50,069 bases of DNA from a virus. Taxonomy: Duplodnaviria; Heunggongvirae; Uroviricota; Caudoviricetes. Of the stretch, positions 1-12,268 are shown in pieces. The notes under the pieces are model-generated. The model was given only the letters and a program-made list of their open reading frames with translations. It had not been told where the DNA came from and did no database searches. Position numbers and translations under genes: made by a program. Location of the stretch: IMG/VR virus record IMGVR_UViG_641522650_000006, one strand, 5' to 3'. The stretch's first letter is position 1; each line of letters starts with the position of its first letter.

Positions 1-378
1 TTATTGATAGTGTTTTATGTTCAGATAATGCCCGATGACTTTGTCATGCAGCTCCACCGATTTTGAGAACGACAGCGACTTCCGTCCCAGCCGTGCCAGG
101 TGCTGCCTCAGATTCAGGTTATGCCGCTCAATTCGCTGCGTATATCGCTTGCTGATTACGTGCAGCTTTCCCTTCAGGCGGGATTCATACAGTGGCCAGC
201 CATCCGTCATCCATATCACCACGTCAAAGGGTGACAGCAAGCTCATAAGACGCCCCTGCGTCGCCATAGTGCGTTCACCGAATACGTGCGCAACAACCGT
301 CTTCCGGAGCCTGTCATACGCGTAAAACAGCCAGCGCTGGCGCGATTTAGCCCCGACGTATCCCCACTGTTCGTCCAT
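1..378 (-). CDS. insB: IS1 InsB reading frame (full InsAB' transposase needs the programmed -1 frameshift from insA)
   Basis: 125-aa ORF with the InsB sequence [18 protein letters not shown]... Confidence 0.85.
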   Translation of the reverse strand: MDEQWGYVGAKSRQRWLFYAYDRLRKTVVAHVFGERTMATQGRLMSLLSPFDVVIWMTDGWPLYESRLKGKLHVISKRYTQRIERHNLNLRQHLARLGRKSLSFSKSVELHDKVIGHYLNIKHYQ

Positions 379-422
379 TTCCGCGCAGACGATGACGTCA
401 CTGCCCGGCTGTATGCGCGAGG

Positions 423-698
423 TTACCGACTGCGGCCTGAGTTTTTTAAGTGACGTAAAATCGTGTTGAGGCTAACGCCCATAATGCGTGCAGTTGCCCG
501 GCATCCAACGCCATTCATGGCCATATCAATAATTTTCTGGTGCGTACCGGGTTGAGAAGCGGTGTAAGTGAACTGCAGTTGCCATGTTTTACGGCAGTGA
601 GAGCAGAGATAGCGCTGATGTCCGGCAGTGCTTTTGCCGTTACGCACCACCCCGTCAGTAGCTGAACAGGAGGGACAGCTGATAGAAACAGAAGCCAC
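423..698 (-). CDS. insA: IS1 InsA
   Basis: 91-aa ORF with CPSC...CSHC zinc-finger motif typical of InsA. Confidence 0.9.
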   Translation of the reverse strand: MASVSISCPSCSATDGVVRNGKSTAGHQRYLCSHCRKTWQLQFTYTASQPGTHQKIIDMAMNGVGCRATARIMGVSLNTILRHLKNSGRSR

Positions 699-772
699 TG
701 GAGCACCTCAAAAACACCATCATACACTAAATCAGTAAGTTGGCAGCATCACCCAAATGCTTTATTCATTCT

Positions 773-1051
773 TTACTTCCTTTTTATGGCTCGTAATTTT
801 TTCAGGTGCTTTTCCTGCTCAGTGTCCGCGAGAATTTTGCGGTACTCCTGGTGGTCAATATGTTCGAACAGGCAGTTTAACTCACCAATGCGTACCCGCC
901 CGGATCGTCCGTCCATCCGTCGAAAGAACACTGAGTGCTCAGTGATGCGAGTAATCACCACGGGGTATCCAGCTCTGTCCGTGTATATCTGACCGCGTTG
1001 AATCAAAGCGAACATGTGGTTATCCCCATCGACAAATCGAGAACACAACAA
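773..1051 (-). CDS. hypothetical phage protein
   Basis: 92-aa ORF ending 20 bp from the IS1 end; no family recognised. Confidence 0.3.
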   Translation of the reverse strand: MLCSRFVDGDNHMFALIQRGQIYTDRAGYPVVITRITEHSVFFRRMDGRSGRVRIGELNCLFEHIDHQEYRKILADTEQEKHLKKLRAIKRK

Positions 1052-1099
1052 ACGCTGCTGCGAATACCACCCCCAGAGTTACGATTGCATCAGGCCAGC

Positions 1100-2044
1100 T
1101 CATTGATTCACCTCCTGCCTGTCGTCCGGCATTCGCTCACTACAGCTTATCCAACCATCCGGAGTTACCGGAACTTGTGGAATGGCTGTCTGCTCTCGAA
1201 CGTCATTAGGCGCTATAGGTTCTGCTGCCAACTGACTGGCATATTTGTTAATGGTAACGATAAGCTCTTGCTCAGCCTCATCCAGACAATCACCGATACC
1301 TCGCCTGTCACCGTCAAAATCATCGAAATCGGCACGAATCCTGGCAACCTTCAGGATTGCGGACAACACCTCACTAGGAATTGCCGGATAGTTGGTTGAC
1401 GTTTCCGCGATTTCCCGAAAATTATTGGTTGACGAATTCTTGTTTTCCCGAAAGTTTCCGGACTGAAGCATGGCGGCGCGGCAGGCGTTCCATATTTCGG
1501 CAGCAATATCGCGCTCGCTATCGGTTAATTTGTACGTTGAAACATAGCCAGAGAGCATTTCTACGTTTTCCGGAGTTGCTTCTTCAGGCACTACCGGTGC
1601 TGGCTCACGTATTACAGGCTCGCCCATGCGTGATTCTCCCTGCGCCTCTTTCACCATGTGGTCATTGATTTGCTCCAGTCGCCGAACGTGCTCATCAGCT
1701 TCAAGCGCTCGCCGTTTCCAGATGGACAGGTCTTCACGAGCGCCCTGATATGCGTCACCGTATTCGCCGTTAAATACTGGCGCTGGCGGGGCGATGCGTC
1801 CAAGCAACTTATTTACCTCTTTCGCCATCGCGTCATATTTATCTAAATAGCGATTAGCTTCTAAGCAGACTCGGTGCATCTGATCTGAGTTAACTCGTTT
1901 AACTGGATCTGCTTCCAATGATGCCAGTGCAATCCGTGCCAGTTCTTCCGCTTCTTCTGCTGGCAGTACAACGTTGCTACCCGGTCCGTATGTTTCGCGC
2001 CACTGCTTGATTGTCAGCAGTCGCCCTTTGGTAATAGTGATCAT
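1100..2044 (-). CDS. phage early-region protein, Ea22-like with DUF551-like C-terminus
   Basis: 314-aa ORF, coiled-coil-like middle, C-terminal TPDGWISCSERMPDD motif; position in leftward early operon. Confidence 0.4.
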   Translation of the reverse strand: MITITKGRLLTIKQWRETYGPGSNVVLPAEEAEELARIALASLEADPVKRVNSDQMHRVCLEANRYLDKYDAMAKEVNKLLGRIAPPAPVFNGEYGDAYQGAREDLSIWKRRALEADEHVRRLEQINDHMVKEAQGESRMGEPVIREPAPVVPEEATPENVEMLSGYVSTYKLTDSERDIAAEIWNACRAAMLQSGNFRENKNSSTNNFREIAETSTNYPAIPSEVLSAILKVARIRADFDDFDGDRRGIGDCLDEAEQELIVTINKYASQLAAEPIAPNDVREQTAIPQVPVTPDGWISCSERMPDDRQEVNQ

Positions 2045-2331
2045 GCCGCGTTTCCTTCTTTCTTATTAACAATCACACCGTCATATATTTCATTAAGGTG
2101 CCCTCTCAACTCCATGTGCCTTAATGCAGATAACATGTAATCGCATTCAACCTGCTTATTCCCGGTAAATGGCTTATCGTCAGGATTACCCCAACAGCAA
2201 TTACCCCTGGGCCATCCATGTACTTTCCGTACTCTTCCGTTAACAACGTGAAGTAATCCTGAAGTGGCACACTGAATTTGGCCACCTGAACAGAGGTGAT
2301 ATGCTCACCTCAGAACAACACAGGTGCTCCA

Positions 2332-3070
<739 letters not shown>

Positions 3071-3124
3071 TGAACCGCCCCGGGAATCCTGGAGACTAAA
3101 CTTCCTGAGAAAGAGGTAAACAGG

Positions 3125-3447
3125 ATGACTAAAAATACTCGTTTTTCCCCCGAAGTCCGTCAACGGGCAGTCCGTATGGTTCTGGAAAGTCAGGGCGAAT
3201 ATGACTCACAATGGGCGACAATTTGTTCCATTGCTCCAAAGATTGGCTGTACGCCGGAGACTCTGCGTGTCTGGGTTCGCCAGCATGAGCGGGATACCGG
3301 GGGCGGTGATGGAGGGCTCACCACCGCTGAACGTCAGCGTCTGAAAGAGCTGGAGCGTGAAAATCGTGAACTGCGCCGCAGTAACGATATCCTTCGCCAG
3401 GCTTCCGCTTATTTTGCGAAGGCGGAGTTCGACCGCCTCTGGAAAAA

Positions 3448-3451
<4 letters not shown>
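3125..3451 (+). CDS. IS629 OrfA
   Basis: 108-aa [24 protein letters not shown]... Confidence 0.85.
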
Positions 3452-4738
<1,287 letters not shown>

Positions 4739-4819
4739 CGGTGGGTTACCCCCAAACGAATCGGAAAATCGATACTGGAAAAACTCTAACTCGGTGGCCA
4801 GTTTTTGTTGACCACTTCA

Positions 4820-5379
4820 CACTCATATTCTTGGGCCACCAGATTTTTTGCAGCTTCTATAGCAGCATCCACCCCCTGCGCCCGGACTTCAGCCAGGAAA
4901 GCATCAGTGGTTGGCGTTTCAGGTATCTGTCTCCTCATCCGTTCTATTGCATGATTGAACCCGAAGTCTTCCGCGAGAGATACGTCATCCATATTGTCAT
5001 TGTCATTGTCATCCTCAATATCCCGTGATTCTGGAATTGCAGACTTTATTCCCGCATTCTCCGCTGCCAGCGCCGCGCACTTGGCTTCAAGAGCGGCAAC
5101 CACTTCCTGATGGTCTTTGTACTTAACGTATGAGCCGGAGATGTCATCACCTTCGGTGTTTAGCCATGCGTCATTGCAATTCACTGCGTAGGTTCTGATG
5201 CTGATGCTCTCCCGCCCCTGACAGACGCCAGGCCAGTCAATAAAGTATCCGCAATGCCTACCCTCAGACGTGCGCGCAGGATAAATGCCGTTATGACCCG
5301 GCAAAATATATGCTACCCATTCATCTTGCGTTGCCTGTTCCGCCGCCTCGCGCAGTGCCTGATAGTCAATCTTGCTCAC
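4820..5379 (-). pseudogene. Ead/Ea22-like phage protein, 3' end replaced by IS911 sequence
   Basis: N-terminus MSKIDYQALREAAEQATQDEW...; last ~11 codons of the ORF (to 4786) lie inside the IS911 terminus. Confidence 0.45.
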
Positions 5380-5632
5380 TGGCAGCCTCCTTTGCCGGGA
5401 TTTCTAACTTTTGAGTGGTTGTATCAAATTCAAACAACTTAACCACGTCATCAAACAGGACATAATCACCATCAGGATCTTCAGTCATATCTGCGCCACA
5501 ATCCTGACCGCACGAGTCGCAACCATCCATATCAAGCTCGTATCGCTTCAGGTTTGCGATATTTGATAAATTCAGCGCCAGTACAGCCAGGTCATAAACC
5601 TCTTCGGCAGTGACATCGCTGTTCAGTCCCAT
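5366..5632 (-). CDS. small acidic hypothetical protein
   Basis: ORF 5366-5704; internal start at 5632 lies 1 nt from the upstream stop. Confidence 0.3.
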   Translation of the reverse strand: MGLNSDVTAEEVYDLAVLALNLSNIANLKRYELDMDGCDSCGQDCGADMTEDPDGDYVLFDDVVKLFEFDTTTQKLEIPAKEAASEQD

Positions 5633-5633
5633 T

Positions 5634-5951
5634 TCATGGCGATATATGATTTTTTCTACTCGTTGTTTTGTGATCGTCATTTTTCTCTTCACTCCGATAT
5701 ACAAGGATTACTACACCCCCTCTGCTGATTGCGCGAGCTGGATCCCCTGGTTCCATGCCGTCAATTCCGAAGGCTTCGGAAAACGCATTCATTGCCTTCT
5801 GGCGTTCATCCTGCTTACGGCGTTTATTCCATTTTTTCAGGAACAACAGCGACAGCCACCGTCCGCTGCAGAACACGATGTAAAAATAACCAAGGAGCGC
5901 CAGGCCGACATTCAGGGCCGTTTCTATGGTTAGTTGTGAGTCAGTTGCCAT
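5634..5951 (-). CDS. small membrane protein
   Basis: One hydrophobic helix (LNVGLALLGYFYIVF), basic stretch after it. Confidence 0.35.
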   Translation of the reverse strand: MATDSQLTIETALNVGLALLGYFYIVFCSGRWLSLLFLKKWNKRRKQDERQKAMNAFSEAFGIDGMEPGDPARAISRGGVVILVYRSEEKNDDHKTTSRKNHISP

Positions 5952-6189
5952 TTCTTACCTGTTTAAGTAACTGGTTGAACATAACACTTAGGGGATTGCT
6001 GTATCCAAACGGCAGATTGTTTACGCAGTACAGAATCATTTTGTTTTTTTCTCCAGTTCGTACTATTAACCCATTCCACAATAACCGTGATAATTTATTA
6101 CTGATAGAAGTTGCGCTTCTTCCAAGTGCGAGGGATATATCTTCTCTACTGCAATCTGGATTTTCCTGGATATACTCGATAACGGTCAT
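5941..6189 (-). CDS. winged-helix DNA-binding protein
   Basis: HTH-like segment REDISLALGRSATSISNKLSRLLWNGLIVR. Confidence 0.35.
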   Translation of the reverse strand: MTVIEYIQENPDCSREDISLALGRSATSISNKLSRLLWNGLIVRTGEKNKMILYCVNNLPFGYSNPLSVMFNQLLKQVRNGN

Positions 6190-6199
6190 GTGGTCCCTT

Positions 6200-6781
6200 T
6201 TACTTAATATCTGTTTCGGATTGCATGCCATGAGTATTCATTTCGTTAATAATTTCATCCAGAAGGATTTCAAGCCCTTCTCGACCCATATCTGAAAGAA
6301 TGAAACCTTTATCAGGGGAAGTAGTGAGCATTTTCTGATAAAGAAACAGCGCTCTTCCCATTCCTTCAGCTTCGCCGTATTTTTGAATTAAATTCCATTC
6401 AATATACTGTTGTAAGGCAAATCGAATGGGGCCGGGATATATCGTCATAAACCCATACATCCCGTTATATACCACGGCGTGTTCAGTTGTTCCGTGTTCA
6501 TTCAGGATATCAATTGTGCCGTTCTTGTCTTCTTCTTCGTTGATGAATGTCGTCACATACAACCATCGCCACTGAGCAACCTTCATCTCAACCGGAAGTT
6601 TACCCAGTAATCCTGCTTCGTCGGCTTGCGCCAGACACTGAAGGATACGTAAACCTCGCACATTAGGAGTATCGAATTCTCCGGCATCCAGACGACGTAT
6701 GGCGTCGTGATAATCAATCGTCATACTGCCAGTTCGTATACCATTGGCTGTTGCTTCAGCCTGGAATTCATCGTATTGCAT
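6200..6781 (-). CDS. hypothetical protein (193 aa)
   Basis: Long ORF, starts 6 bp after upstream stop; no family recognised. Confidence 0.4.
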   Translation of the reverse strand: MQYDEFQAEATANGIRTGSMTIDYHDAIRRLDAGEFDTPNVRGLRILQCLAQADEAGLLGKLPVEMKVAQWRWLYVTTFINEEEDKNGTIDILNEHGTTEHAVVYNGMYGFMTIYPGPIRFALQQYIEWNLIQKYGEAEGMGRALFLYQKMLTTSPDKGFILSDMGREGLEILLDEIINEMNTHGMQSETDIK

Positions 6782-6786
6782 GATAT

Positions 6787-6981
6787 TTATTCCTCATCTT
6801 CATCTTCATCTTCATCTGCTGGTGCAATAACGTCATATCCTGCCTTTTCTGCAATAAACAGGAATGTTGAAAGAGTTCCTACAAGTTCATCGTCATGAAC
6901 ATGGCGAATGAATATTACTTTCCCGTTTTTGATGGTCAGCAATATTCTGGTTTGTTCGTGTTCTGCTGTTTTCTGATGCAT
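6787..6981 (-). CDS. small protein with poly-acidic tail (64 aa)
   Basis: C-terminus ADEDEDEDEE; tightly coupled to the downstream 193-aa gene. Confidence 0.35.
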   Translation of the reverse strand: MHQKTAEHEQTRILLTIKNGKVIFIRHVHDDELVGTLSTFLFIAEKAGYDVIAPADEDEDEDEE

Positions 6982-7155
6982 TATTATCTCCCGTATGCTT
7001 TACGCAGAAATAAGCAGGCAATATGCATGTAATTTTCACCGTATTGTGCAATAAGGCAGGCGGTTAGACTGGCCCCCTGAATCTCCAGACAACCAGTATC
7101 ACTTAAATAAGTGATAGTCTTAATACTAGTTTTTAGACTAGTCATTGGAGTACAG

Positions 7156-7521
7156 ATGATTGATGTCTTAGGGCCGGAGAAACGCAGACGGCGTACCACA
7201 CAGGAAAAGATCGCAATTGTTCAGCAGAGCTTTGAACCGGGGATGACGGTCTCCCTCGTTGCCCGGCAACATGGTGTAGCAGCCAGCCAGTTATTTCTCT
7301 GGCGTAAGCAATACCAGGAAGGAAGTCTTACTGCTGTGGCCGCCGGAGAACAGGTTGTTCCTGCCTCTGAACTTGCTGCCGCCATGAAGCAGATTAAAGA
7401 ACTCCAGCGCCTGCTCGGCAAGAAAACGATGGAAAATGAACTCCTCAAAGAAGCCGTTGAATATGGACGGGCAAAAAAGTGGATAGCGCACGCGCCCTTA
7501 TTGCCCGGGGATGGGGAGTAA
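7156..7521 (+). CDS. insC: IS2 OrfA (InsC)
   Basis: [29 protein letters not shown]... Confidence 0.85.
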
Positions 7522-8384
7522 GCTTAGTCAGCCGTTGTCTCCGGGTGTCGCGTGCGCAGTTGCACGTCATTCTCAGACGAACCGATGACTGGATGGATGG
7601 CCGCCGCAGTCGTCACACTGATGATACGGATGTGCTTCTCCGTATACACCATGTTATCGGAGAGCTGCCCACGTATGGTTATCGTCGGGTATGGGCGCTG
7701 CTTCGCAGACAGGCAGAACTTGATGGTATGCCTGCGATCAATGCCAAACGTGTTTACCGGATCATGCGCCAGAATGCCCTGTTGCTTGAGCGAAAACCTG
7801 CTGTACCACCATCGAAACGGGCACATACAGGCAGAGTGGCCGTGAAAGAAAGCAATCAGCGATGGTGCTCTGACGGGTTCGAGTTCTGCTGTGATAACGG
7901 AGAGAGACTGCGTGTCACGTTCGCGCTGGACTGCTGTGAGCGTGAGGCACTGCACTGGGCGGTGACTACCGGCGGCTTCAACAGTGAAACAGTACAGGAC
8001 GTCATGCTGGGAGCGGTGGAACGCCGCTTCGGCAACGATCTTCCGTCGTCTCCAGTGGAGTGGCTGACGGATAATGGTTCATGCTACCGGGCTAATGAAA
8101 CACGCCAGTTCGCCCGGATGTTGGGACTTGAACCGAAGAACACGGCGGTGCGGAGTCCGGAGAGTAACGGAATAGCAGAGAGCTTCGTGAAAACGATAAA
8201 GCGTGACTACATCAGTATCATGCCCAAACCAGACGGGTTAACGGCAGCAAAGAACCTTGCAGAGGCGTTCGAGCATTATAACGAATGGCATCCGCATAGT
8301 GCGCTGGGTTATCGCTCGCCACGGGAATATCTGCGGCAGCGGGCTTGTAATGGGTTAAGTGATAACAGATGTCTGGAAATATAG
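7479..8384 (+). CDS. insD: IS2 OrfB (InsD) transposase
   Basis: 301-aa ORF overlapping insC; DDE integrase-like region. Confidence 0.85.
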
Positions 8385-8511
8385 GGGCAAATCCAGCGGT
8401 CTTGTGTGATGCCATATTCTTTATAAAAGTCACAATAAAGCCTCCTGCGGATTAAGGTTGTAACAATCCCCGGCGATAAAACCGCAATAAACGTTCAGGG
8501 CATATTTGTTG

Positions 8512-8877
8512 TTATTGCGCTAATTCTTTTTCGGCAGCAGCTTTTGTATACTCACATGCAAAACTCAGAATTTCGCTGCCGAGTGTTTTCGTTTCGTGAT
8601 TACTGGACATATGTAATACCTGTGTTGCATGCAATAAATGATAAACATTTACCGCAAATGAATCAGGCTCCAGACAAATGCCTTCGTAATTATCTTGCTG
8701 TGAGGTTGTTTCTCTCATTGCTCCTGAAGTGCATGCGAGCCTGTTTTTGACAATTCTCTTTTCTCTAATCACTATATCGGCAACATCTATTGCCTTTACA
8801 ACCTCCGGGAGAAGTTCCGGGTTTGTATAATCAAAGTCATCAACATGGAGAACAGTTATGTTTTCGAACTTTTTCAT
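8512..8877 (-). CDS. hypothetical protein, AT-rich gene
   Basis: 121-aa ORF in visibly AT-rich DNA, second gene leftward of the repressor. Confidence 0.4.
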   Translation of the reverse strand: MKKFENITVLHVDDFDYTNPELLPEVVKAIDVADIVIREKRIVKNRLACTSGAMRETTSQQDNYEGICLEPDSFAVNVYHLLHATQVLHMSSNHETKTLGSEILSFACEYTKAAAEKELAQ

Positions 8878-9005
8878 GGCTTCCTCAGCTGACTTATATG
8901 TTCTGCTATATAGCGAGTCTCAGAAGTGTTTTCATATTGAGACTGTTTCCGCAATGATTGATAAAAATGTTCGCATGTACCTTGAAGGGCGAAGCGGCGA
9001 TTATG

Positions 9006-9509
9006 TCACCATTGGTATTGGTTCTTCCGCAGAAGAGCTTCGCGAGATAAGGGGCAAACTTGTTGAGATGCGTCATGGTGTTGCTGCTCCTCACTTTTTG
9101 GTTGCTCCGGAGGAGTAACCTCACCAGTTAACAGCCACATCGGATCGCAGCCAAGAATATTTGCCAGTGGGATAAGCATACTGATAGTTGGTTCATACTC
9201 TCCGCTCTCCCACTGGATGATAATTTCTTCATCGAGATCGAGCAGCCTGGCGAGTTCGGCGGTTGTTAAGCCGCAGGCTTCGCGTTGGGTGCGAAGACGG
9301 TTGTTGATTGCAGAATTTTTGTTCTGTAAAAGCATTGCTGACGATAGCTTTCTGGATATGCTATTTGTCATATCCCATGCCAGTCCTGCGCATGACTCTA
9401 TATCGCTAGAGAGTGTAGCATCAGGTGTTGCTTTTGCTATTAGTGTAATGAGGCTGCCGAGGTTTTTCAGTTCTTCGAGACAGTCAAGAGTTGTAGCTTT
9501 ATTGATCAT
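9006..9509 (-). CDS. XRE-family HTH protein with uncharacterised N-terminal domain
   Basis: C-terminal HTH (LRTQREACGLTTAELARLLDLDEEIIIQWESG); first gene leftward of cI. Confidence 0.5.
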   Translation of the reverse strand: MINKATTLDCLEELKNLGSLITLIAKATPDATLSSDIESCAGLAWDMTNSISRKLSSAMLLQNKNSAINNRLRTQREACGLTTAELARLLDLDEEIIIQWESGEYEPTISMLIPLANILGCDPMWLLTGEVTPPEQPKSEEQQHHDASQQVCPLSREALLRKNQYQW

Positions 9510-9611
9510 GAGATGATACCTCAGTTACGAACTTTGTTTTATGGTAACTAAGGTGTCAAGGTGTGGCAAGTGATTTTGATACTTTGGTTTCTTTTTGTGT
9601 TTTGTGTCTGG

Positions 9612-10268
9612 TCAGAAAATATCCCACCTGGCATCAACCACAACACCTACTATTTCGCAATCATTGTCCATTTCTATGATTGGATATTGTGGATTAAGGG
9701 GCTTTAGAAACGCCTTTCCCATGTCAGAAATATATTTTTTGAATGTTGCTTCATTGGTGGATTTTTTTCTGGCGATGACGTAACACCCTGAAAAAACTTC
9801 TTTATCTGGGTTGACAAGGATCGACATTCCTTCAGGAAATGTTATTCCTACGGGCGAAGTCATTGAGTCTCCGTGCACTTCCAGCCAGAACCCCCTCTCA
9901 CCAGCGTATTTTACAGAATGCCTCCAATTATCCTGATCATACATGTTGTAGTCATCACCAGAAGTTGCGAATAATCCTGCCTGAACCCAGTTAATTACAG
10001 GGTAAGAGTGTGCTGTGTCTCTCTGTGGGCAGCTCTTAACATTATTTTCCCAATGCTTATCTTTTTCATCTCCGTTCTGAAGCCACTGCGGTGAACACCC
10101 CAGTGCAGCTGCAACTTTAAAAAGGGTGTCACCGTTGAAACTTTTTGTAAGGCCTTGCTCGGCTTTACTGATTGCAACTCTGGTGATCCCAGCTTTTTTA
10201 GCCAACGCATCTTGTGTTAACCCAGCTTTTTGCCGTGCGTTGATGAGACGTTCACCTAAAGACTTCAT
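9612..10268 (-). CDS. CI-like prophage repressor (N-terminal HTH plus LexA/S24-like peptidase domain)
   Basis: MKSLGERLINARQKAGLTQDALAKKAGITRVAISKAEQG... then S24-like C-terminus with ...GDSM... and K residues. Confidence 0.75.
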   Translation of the reverse strand: MKSLGERLINARQKAGLTQDALAKKAGITRVAISKAEQGLTKSFNGDTLFKVAAALGCSPQWLQNGDEKDKHWENNVKSCPQRDTAHSYPVINWVQAGLFATSGDDYNMYDQDNWRHSVKYAGERGFWLEVHGDSMTSPVGITFPEGMSILVNPDKEVFSGCYVIARKKSTNEATFKKYISDMGKAFLKPLNPQYPIIEMDNDCEIVGVVVDARWDIF

Positions 10269-10379
10269 TTTTCTTCTCCTCTCATGGCTGTTGATACGAA
10301 AGTAACAGAATTTCTTGATACTTTGGAATCCCGCGGTTAACATCGTTGAATAACAAAGTATCTGGTGTGAGACTAAAGA

Positions 10380-10607
10380 ATGACCCTTTATGAAATATTA
10401 AAAATTCAATTTAAAACCAATGCCGCTATTGGTCGCAGGTTCCCAAAGAAAGGAAGGCCTCGTGGCAGTCAAGGTGTTGGAAAGTGGAAAACGCGAGGTG
10501 TTCCGGAGGATGTTGCCATTCTTTGTCATCTGGATCCGAGCATTCCATATACACACCCAAGGCTAGCGAATACAGAAGATGACAAGCCCACAGGAGACCA
10601 ACAATGA
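10380..10607 (+). CDS. small protein in cro position
   Basis: Divergent from repressor; its stop overlaps the next start (ATGA); sequence is not Cro-like. Confidence 0.25.
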   Translation: MTLYEILKIQFKTNAAIGRRFPKKGRPRGSQGVGKWKTRGVPEDVAILCHLDPSIPYTHPRLANTEDDKPTGDQQ

Positions 10608-11311
10608 ACACCGCAATTTTTAACGGCAAAGCATCCATGACCAGCGTTGAGATCGCAGAGCTGGTGGGAAGCCGACCAGATAGTGTTAAGAGAACTATTG
10701 AAACACTGGCTAAAAAGGGAATCATCCAATTTCCACAGACTGTGGAAATTGAGAATAAACAATCACTTGGGCCTCGCCGATTTTCTAGCGCGTATGTATT
10801 CGAAGGTGAACGAGGTAAGCGCGACAGCATCATTGTCGTCGCACAGCTCTGTCCTGAATTCACAGCTCGCCTGGTAGATCGCTGGCGCGAACTGGAAGAA
10901 CAGATCCGTAAGCCAATGAGCGAAATCGAAATGGTTGCCGCGATGGCTCTTGAAGCCGTTCGCCAACAGAAACGGATCACTCAGGTGGAAGAAAAAGTCA
11001 GCCACGTTGCTGAAACAGTCGAGCAAATTAAAAAGGGCACTATTCGTGAGGGCTATGCCGGATATCGCCAACTGAAAGCAAAAACCGGTTTGTCAGATGA
11101 TAAATGCCGCAATCTGGTGAACGCCTATCAAATTCCTACAGACACCCATGAGTTCATGACGCCGGACAGATTGTTGCCACGTCGCGCAATTGTTGCTGTG
11201 GAACCGTTTATGGCTGCTTTTTATCGGGTTATGGAGGAAGCAGAACCGCGAGGGACTCGCTGGTATCACCCGAAAATGGGGTTATTTCAGGTTATTGGTT
11301 GGCAGCGGTGA
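10604..11311 (+). CDS. phage regulatory protein (Rha/antirepressor-like)
   Basis: N-terminal HTH-like MTSVEIAELVGSRPDSVKRTIETLAKKG. Confidence 0.45.
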   Translation: MNTAIFNGKASMTSVEIAELVGSRPDSVKRTIETLAKKGIIQFPQTVEIENKQSLGPRRFSSAYVFEGERGKRDSIIVVAQLCPEFTARLVDRWRELEEQIRKPMSEIEMVAAMALEAVRQQKRITQVEEKVSHVAETVEQIKKGTIREGYAGYRQLKAKTGLSDDKCRNLVNAYQIPTDTHEFMTPDRLLPRRAIVAVEPFMAAFYRVMEEAEPRGTRWYHPKMGLFQVIGWQR

Positions 11312-11716
11312 AAAAAAGCCGGGAGTAACCCGGCTCACTCAACATCAATAACGGGGAGCTGTTTCGCATAAAACGGCTCCGAAACATCCAAGAACAGTTC
11401 TAAAGATATCAGCAGCTATATGATCATTTCAAGACCAAATATTGATTCTGCAATTTCGGGACGTTACACTGTCTCCGCACCTTATAAAGCGGGTGCCGGG
11501 ATTGGCGTCCTGAAATTCGCACATGCGCATAACCGCGCTTCAGCGGTTTTTTTGCGCACGTTTCCTCACATCCAAATTATGGTGGGGCGTGCAGGGGCAT
11601 CGAAAGATGCGCCGGGGTCATGTGCGACCGGTTACGCCAACCCTGTACGTCTCACCACCTCTGTGATTGGCGTCCCATGTGGTGAGTTTTCAAAATTCGC
11701 ACATGAGGATGTCACT

Positions 11717-12268
11717 ATGGCAACCACCCCTACCCAAACTCACCCTAAAATTGATGTTATCCATGGGAAGGCTGTTACCTCTTCTTTGGCCGTTGCCGAA
11801 TATTTCTGCAAGCAGCACAAAAACGTTATTCAAAAAATCCAGACGCTTGAGTGCTCTGTTGAATTCACTGAGCTGAATTTTCAGCCCAGTGATTACACCG
11901 ATTGCACAGGCCGCAAACTACCTTGCTATCAAATCACCCGCGATGGCTTCGCGTTCCTTGCTATGGGCTTTACTGGCAAACGTGCAGCCCGGTTCAAAGA
12001 GGCATACATCAACGCCTTTAACCAGATGGAGAAGAATTTATCTGGTGCTGACGCGGTTGATATGTCAGCTGTCGCACGAAACGCCAGAGGCGTATACCTG
12101 CATTTGCGTGAAATCCATCAAATCTGGACAAGCCAGCTTTATCCAATGCTTAAGGCCGTTGAATCTCCGCTGGCTAGCAAACTGTACGACCGTGTTGGTG
12201 ATGCTGTTTTTGGCGCTGCACTTGTTGATTCCAGGCTGAATGGTTCTGACAAGGAGGTTCGCCCATGA
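11717..12268 (+). CDS. Rha-family phage regulatory protein
   Basis: AEYFCKQHKNVIQKI...YQITRDGFAFLAMGFTGKRAARFKEAYINAFNQME matches Rha signature. Confidence 0.6.
   Translation: MATTPTQTHPKIDVIHGKAVTSSLAVAEYFCKQHKNVIQKIQTLECSVEFTELNFQPSDYTDCTGRKLPCYQITRDGFAFLAMGFTGKRAARFKEAYINAFNQMEKNLSGADAVDMSAVARNARGVYLHLREIHQIWTSQLYPMLKAVESPLASKLYDRVGDAVFGAALVDSRLNGSDKEVRP

Larger units (their letters stand above)
1..753 (-). mobile_element. IS1 insertion sequence, about 15 bp of one end cut off by the window start
   Basis: InsA and InsB reading frames recognised; terminal repeat ...ATCAGTAAGTTGGCAGCATCACC ends at 753. Confidence 0.9.
7065..8395 (+). mobile_element. IS2
   Basis: 1331 bp, ends TAGACTGGCCCCCTGAATCTCC... 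and ...GGGGCAAATCCA; 5-bp direct repeat GCGGT at 7060-7064 and 8396-8400. Confidence 0.9.

Noticed and set aside
8858-9118. 86-aa plus-strand ORF between the two leftward immunity-region genes
   Set aside because: Overlaps both neighbouring minus-strand genes and runs against local transcription; likely spurious.
10426-10980. 184-aa minus-strand ORF opposite the Rha/antirepressor-like gene
   Set aside because: Antisense to a gene with a recognisable HTH; Ser/Arg/Cys-rich translation.
11311-11334. GCCGGG-AGTAA-CCCGGC hairpin after the first Rha-like gene as a plus-strand terminator
   Set aside because: The T-run follows the hairpin only on the minus strand, where no upstream gene exists; not called.
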